DNA of 64,000 bases from Pseudomonadota bacterium (GTDB lineage: Bacteria > Desulfobacterota > Desulfobacteria > Desulfobacterales > JBDRRP01): the NCBI GenBank assembly GCA_043825735.1, contig JBDRRP010000129.1:1-64000 (forward strand), in the 5' to 3' direction. Positions 63,045 to 64,000 of this stretch are shown here, piece after piece. The translations under genes and the position numbers were made by a program. Each line of letters starts with the position of its first letter. Within the stretch, counting starts at the first letter, position 1. The notes beneath the pieces were generated by a model. The model saw only the letters and a list, made by a program, of their open reading frames with translations, ran no database searches and was not told the DNA's origin.

Positions 63045-64000
63045 CATTCGAAAACCTTGTGGCACCGCGCACGGCGCGCATGGGCACCAGCGCCATCCGT
63101 GAAATCCTCAAAGTGGTCTCCCAGCCGGGCATGATCTCGCTGGCCGGCGGTATTCCCGCACCCCAGAGCTTTCCGCTGGACCTCATCCGGCCCCTGGTGG
63201 ACAGTGCGCTCACCCGTTACGGACACAGGGCGCTGCAATACGATCTCTCCGAGGGGTTCCCGCCTTTGCAGGAGGCATTGGCCGATTATTTACGGCGCCA
63301 CCACACCATCACCGCCGCTGGCGACGAGATCCTGGTCAGCAGCGGCTCCCAGGGGGTCCTGGATGCCATCGGCAAGGTGCTCATCGGCCCGGGTGACGCC
63401 GTGGCCGTCGAGGCGCCCACCTATCTCGGCGCCCTGCAGGCCTTTACGCCCTACGAACCGGCGTATGTACAGATTGAATCAGACGACGACGGCGTCATCC
63501 CCGCATCGCTGGAGGTCGCCCTGGCCGTAAAACGCGTGAAATTCGTCTACCTGGTGCCGACATTCCAGAACCCGACCGGACGCACGATCCCACTGGCGCG
63601 TCGCATTGAGATCGCCGACATGCTCAGGCGCCACCGGGCGCTTCTGGTCGAAGACGACCCATACAGCCTGCTGCGCTACGACGGAGATCCGCTGCCGCCG
63701 ATTCACAGCCTGGCTCCGGAAAATGTCGTTTATGTGGGCACCCTGTCCAAAGTCCTGGCCCCGGGTCTTCGGATCGGCTTTTGCGTGGCGCCCCCCGCCA
63801 TCAGAAAATGGCTGGTGGTGGTCAAACAGGGTGTGGATCTGCACACCAGCACCTTCAACCAGGCCCTGGCCGCCGAGTACCTGACGGGCGGGCATCTGGA
63901 GCGCCACCTGCCCACCATCGTCAATTTTTACCGACCGCGGCTGTCGGCCATGCTGCAGGCGCTGGCTGCGTGCATGCCGTCCGGATTTCGGTGGTCCATG
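63041..64000 (+). CDS. PLP-dependent aminotransferase class I (LysN/Aro8-like), truncated by the window end
   Basis: MTFENLVAPRTARMGTSAIREILK..MISLAGGIP, SGSQGVLD, PTYLGA, PTFQNPTG, EDDPY, GTLSKVLAPGLRIG; ATGA overlap with the TetR stop; absent from the ORF track. Confidence 0.92.
   Translation, partial: MTFENLVAPRTARMGTSAIREILKVVSQPGMISLAGGIPAPQSFPLDLIRPLVDSALTRYGHRALQYDLSEGFPPLQEALADYLRRHHTITAAGDEILVSSGSQGVLDAIGKVLIGPGDAVAVEAPTYLGALQAFTPYEPAYVQIESDDDGVIPASLEVALAVKRVKFVYLVPTFQNPTGRTIPLARRIEIADMLRRHRALLVEDDPYSLLRYDGDPLPPIHSLAPENVVYVGTLSKVLAPGLRIGFCVAPPAIRKWLVVVKQGVDLHTSTFNQALAAEYLTGGHLERHLPTIVNFYRPRLSAMLQALAACMPSGFRWSM

Overview
GC-rich bacterial chromosomal window; gene content (TAXI TRAP transporter, AmrS radical SAM, paired MoeA proteins, archease-RtcB) and repeat style suggest an anaerobic Desulfobacterota-like organism (inference). 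It holds about 47 CDS. I recognised no rRNA, tRNA, CRISPR array or transposase. Two themes stand out. (1) A dispersed phosphate-starvation and lipid-remodelling neighbourhood: phoB-phoR, pstS, phoU, a PHP-GT4 fusion, a class-3 lipase, DedA and a radical SAM enzyme, several preceded by 11-bp-periodic YTAACR direct repeats. Directly behind phoBR lies a translationally coupled three-gene operon: a cryptic GCS2/YbdK-like carboxylate-amine ligase, a phosphatidylserine-decarboxylase-like proenzyme and a divergent Lgt-like diacylglyceryl transferase. This operon is the best candidate for an undescribed pathway, possibly synthesis of a phosphorus-free aminolipid. (2) Many intergenic spacers are filled with nested, modular palindromic repeats of several families, with filled versus empty sites and compensatory base changes. 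Also present: a xanthine-dehydrogenase-family cluster linked to an aminotransferase, an unidentified structured RNA at about 36.0-36.2 kb, a 30-aa membrane ORF and an 8-bp VNTR. All functional calls come from motifs read by eye; no searches were run.
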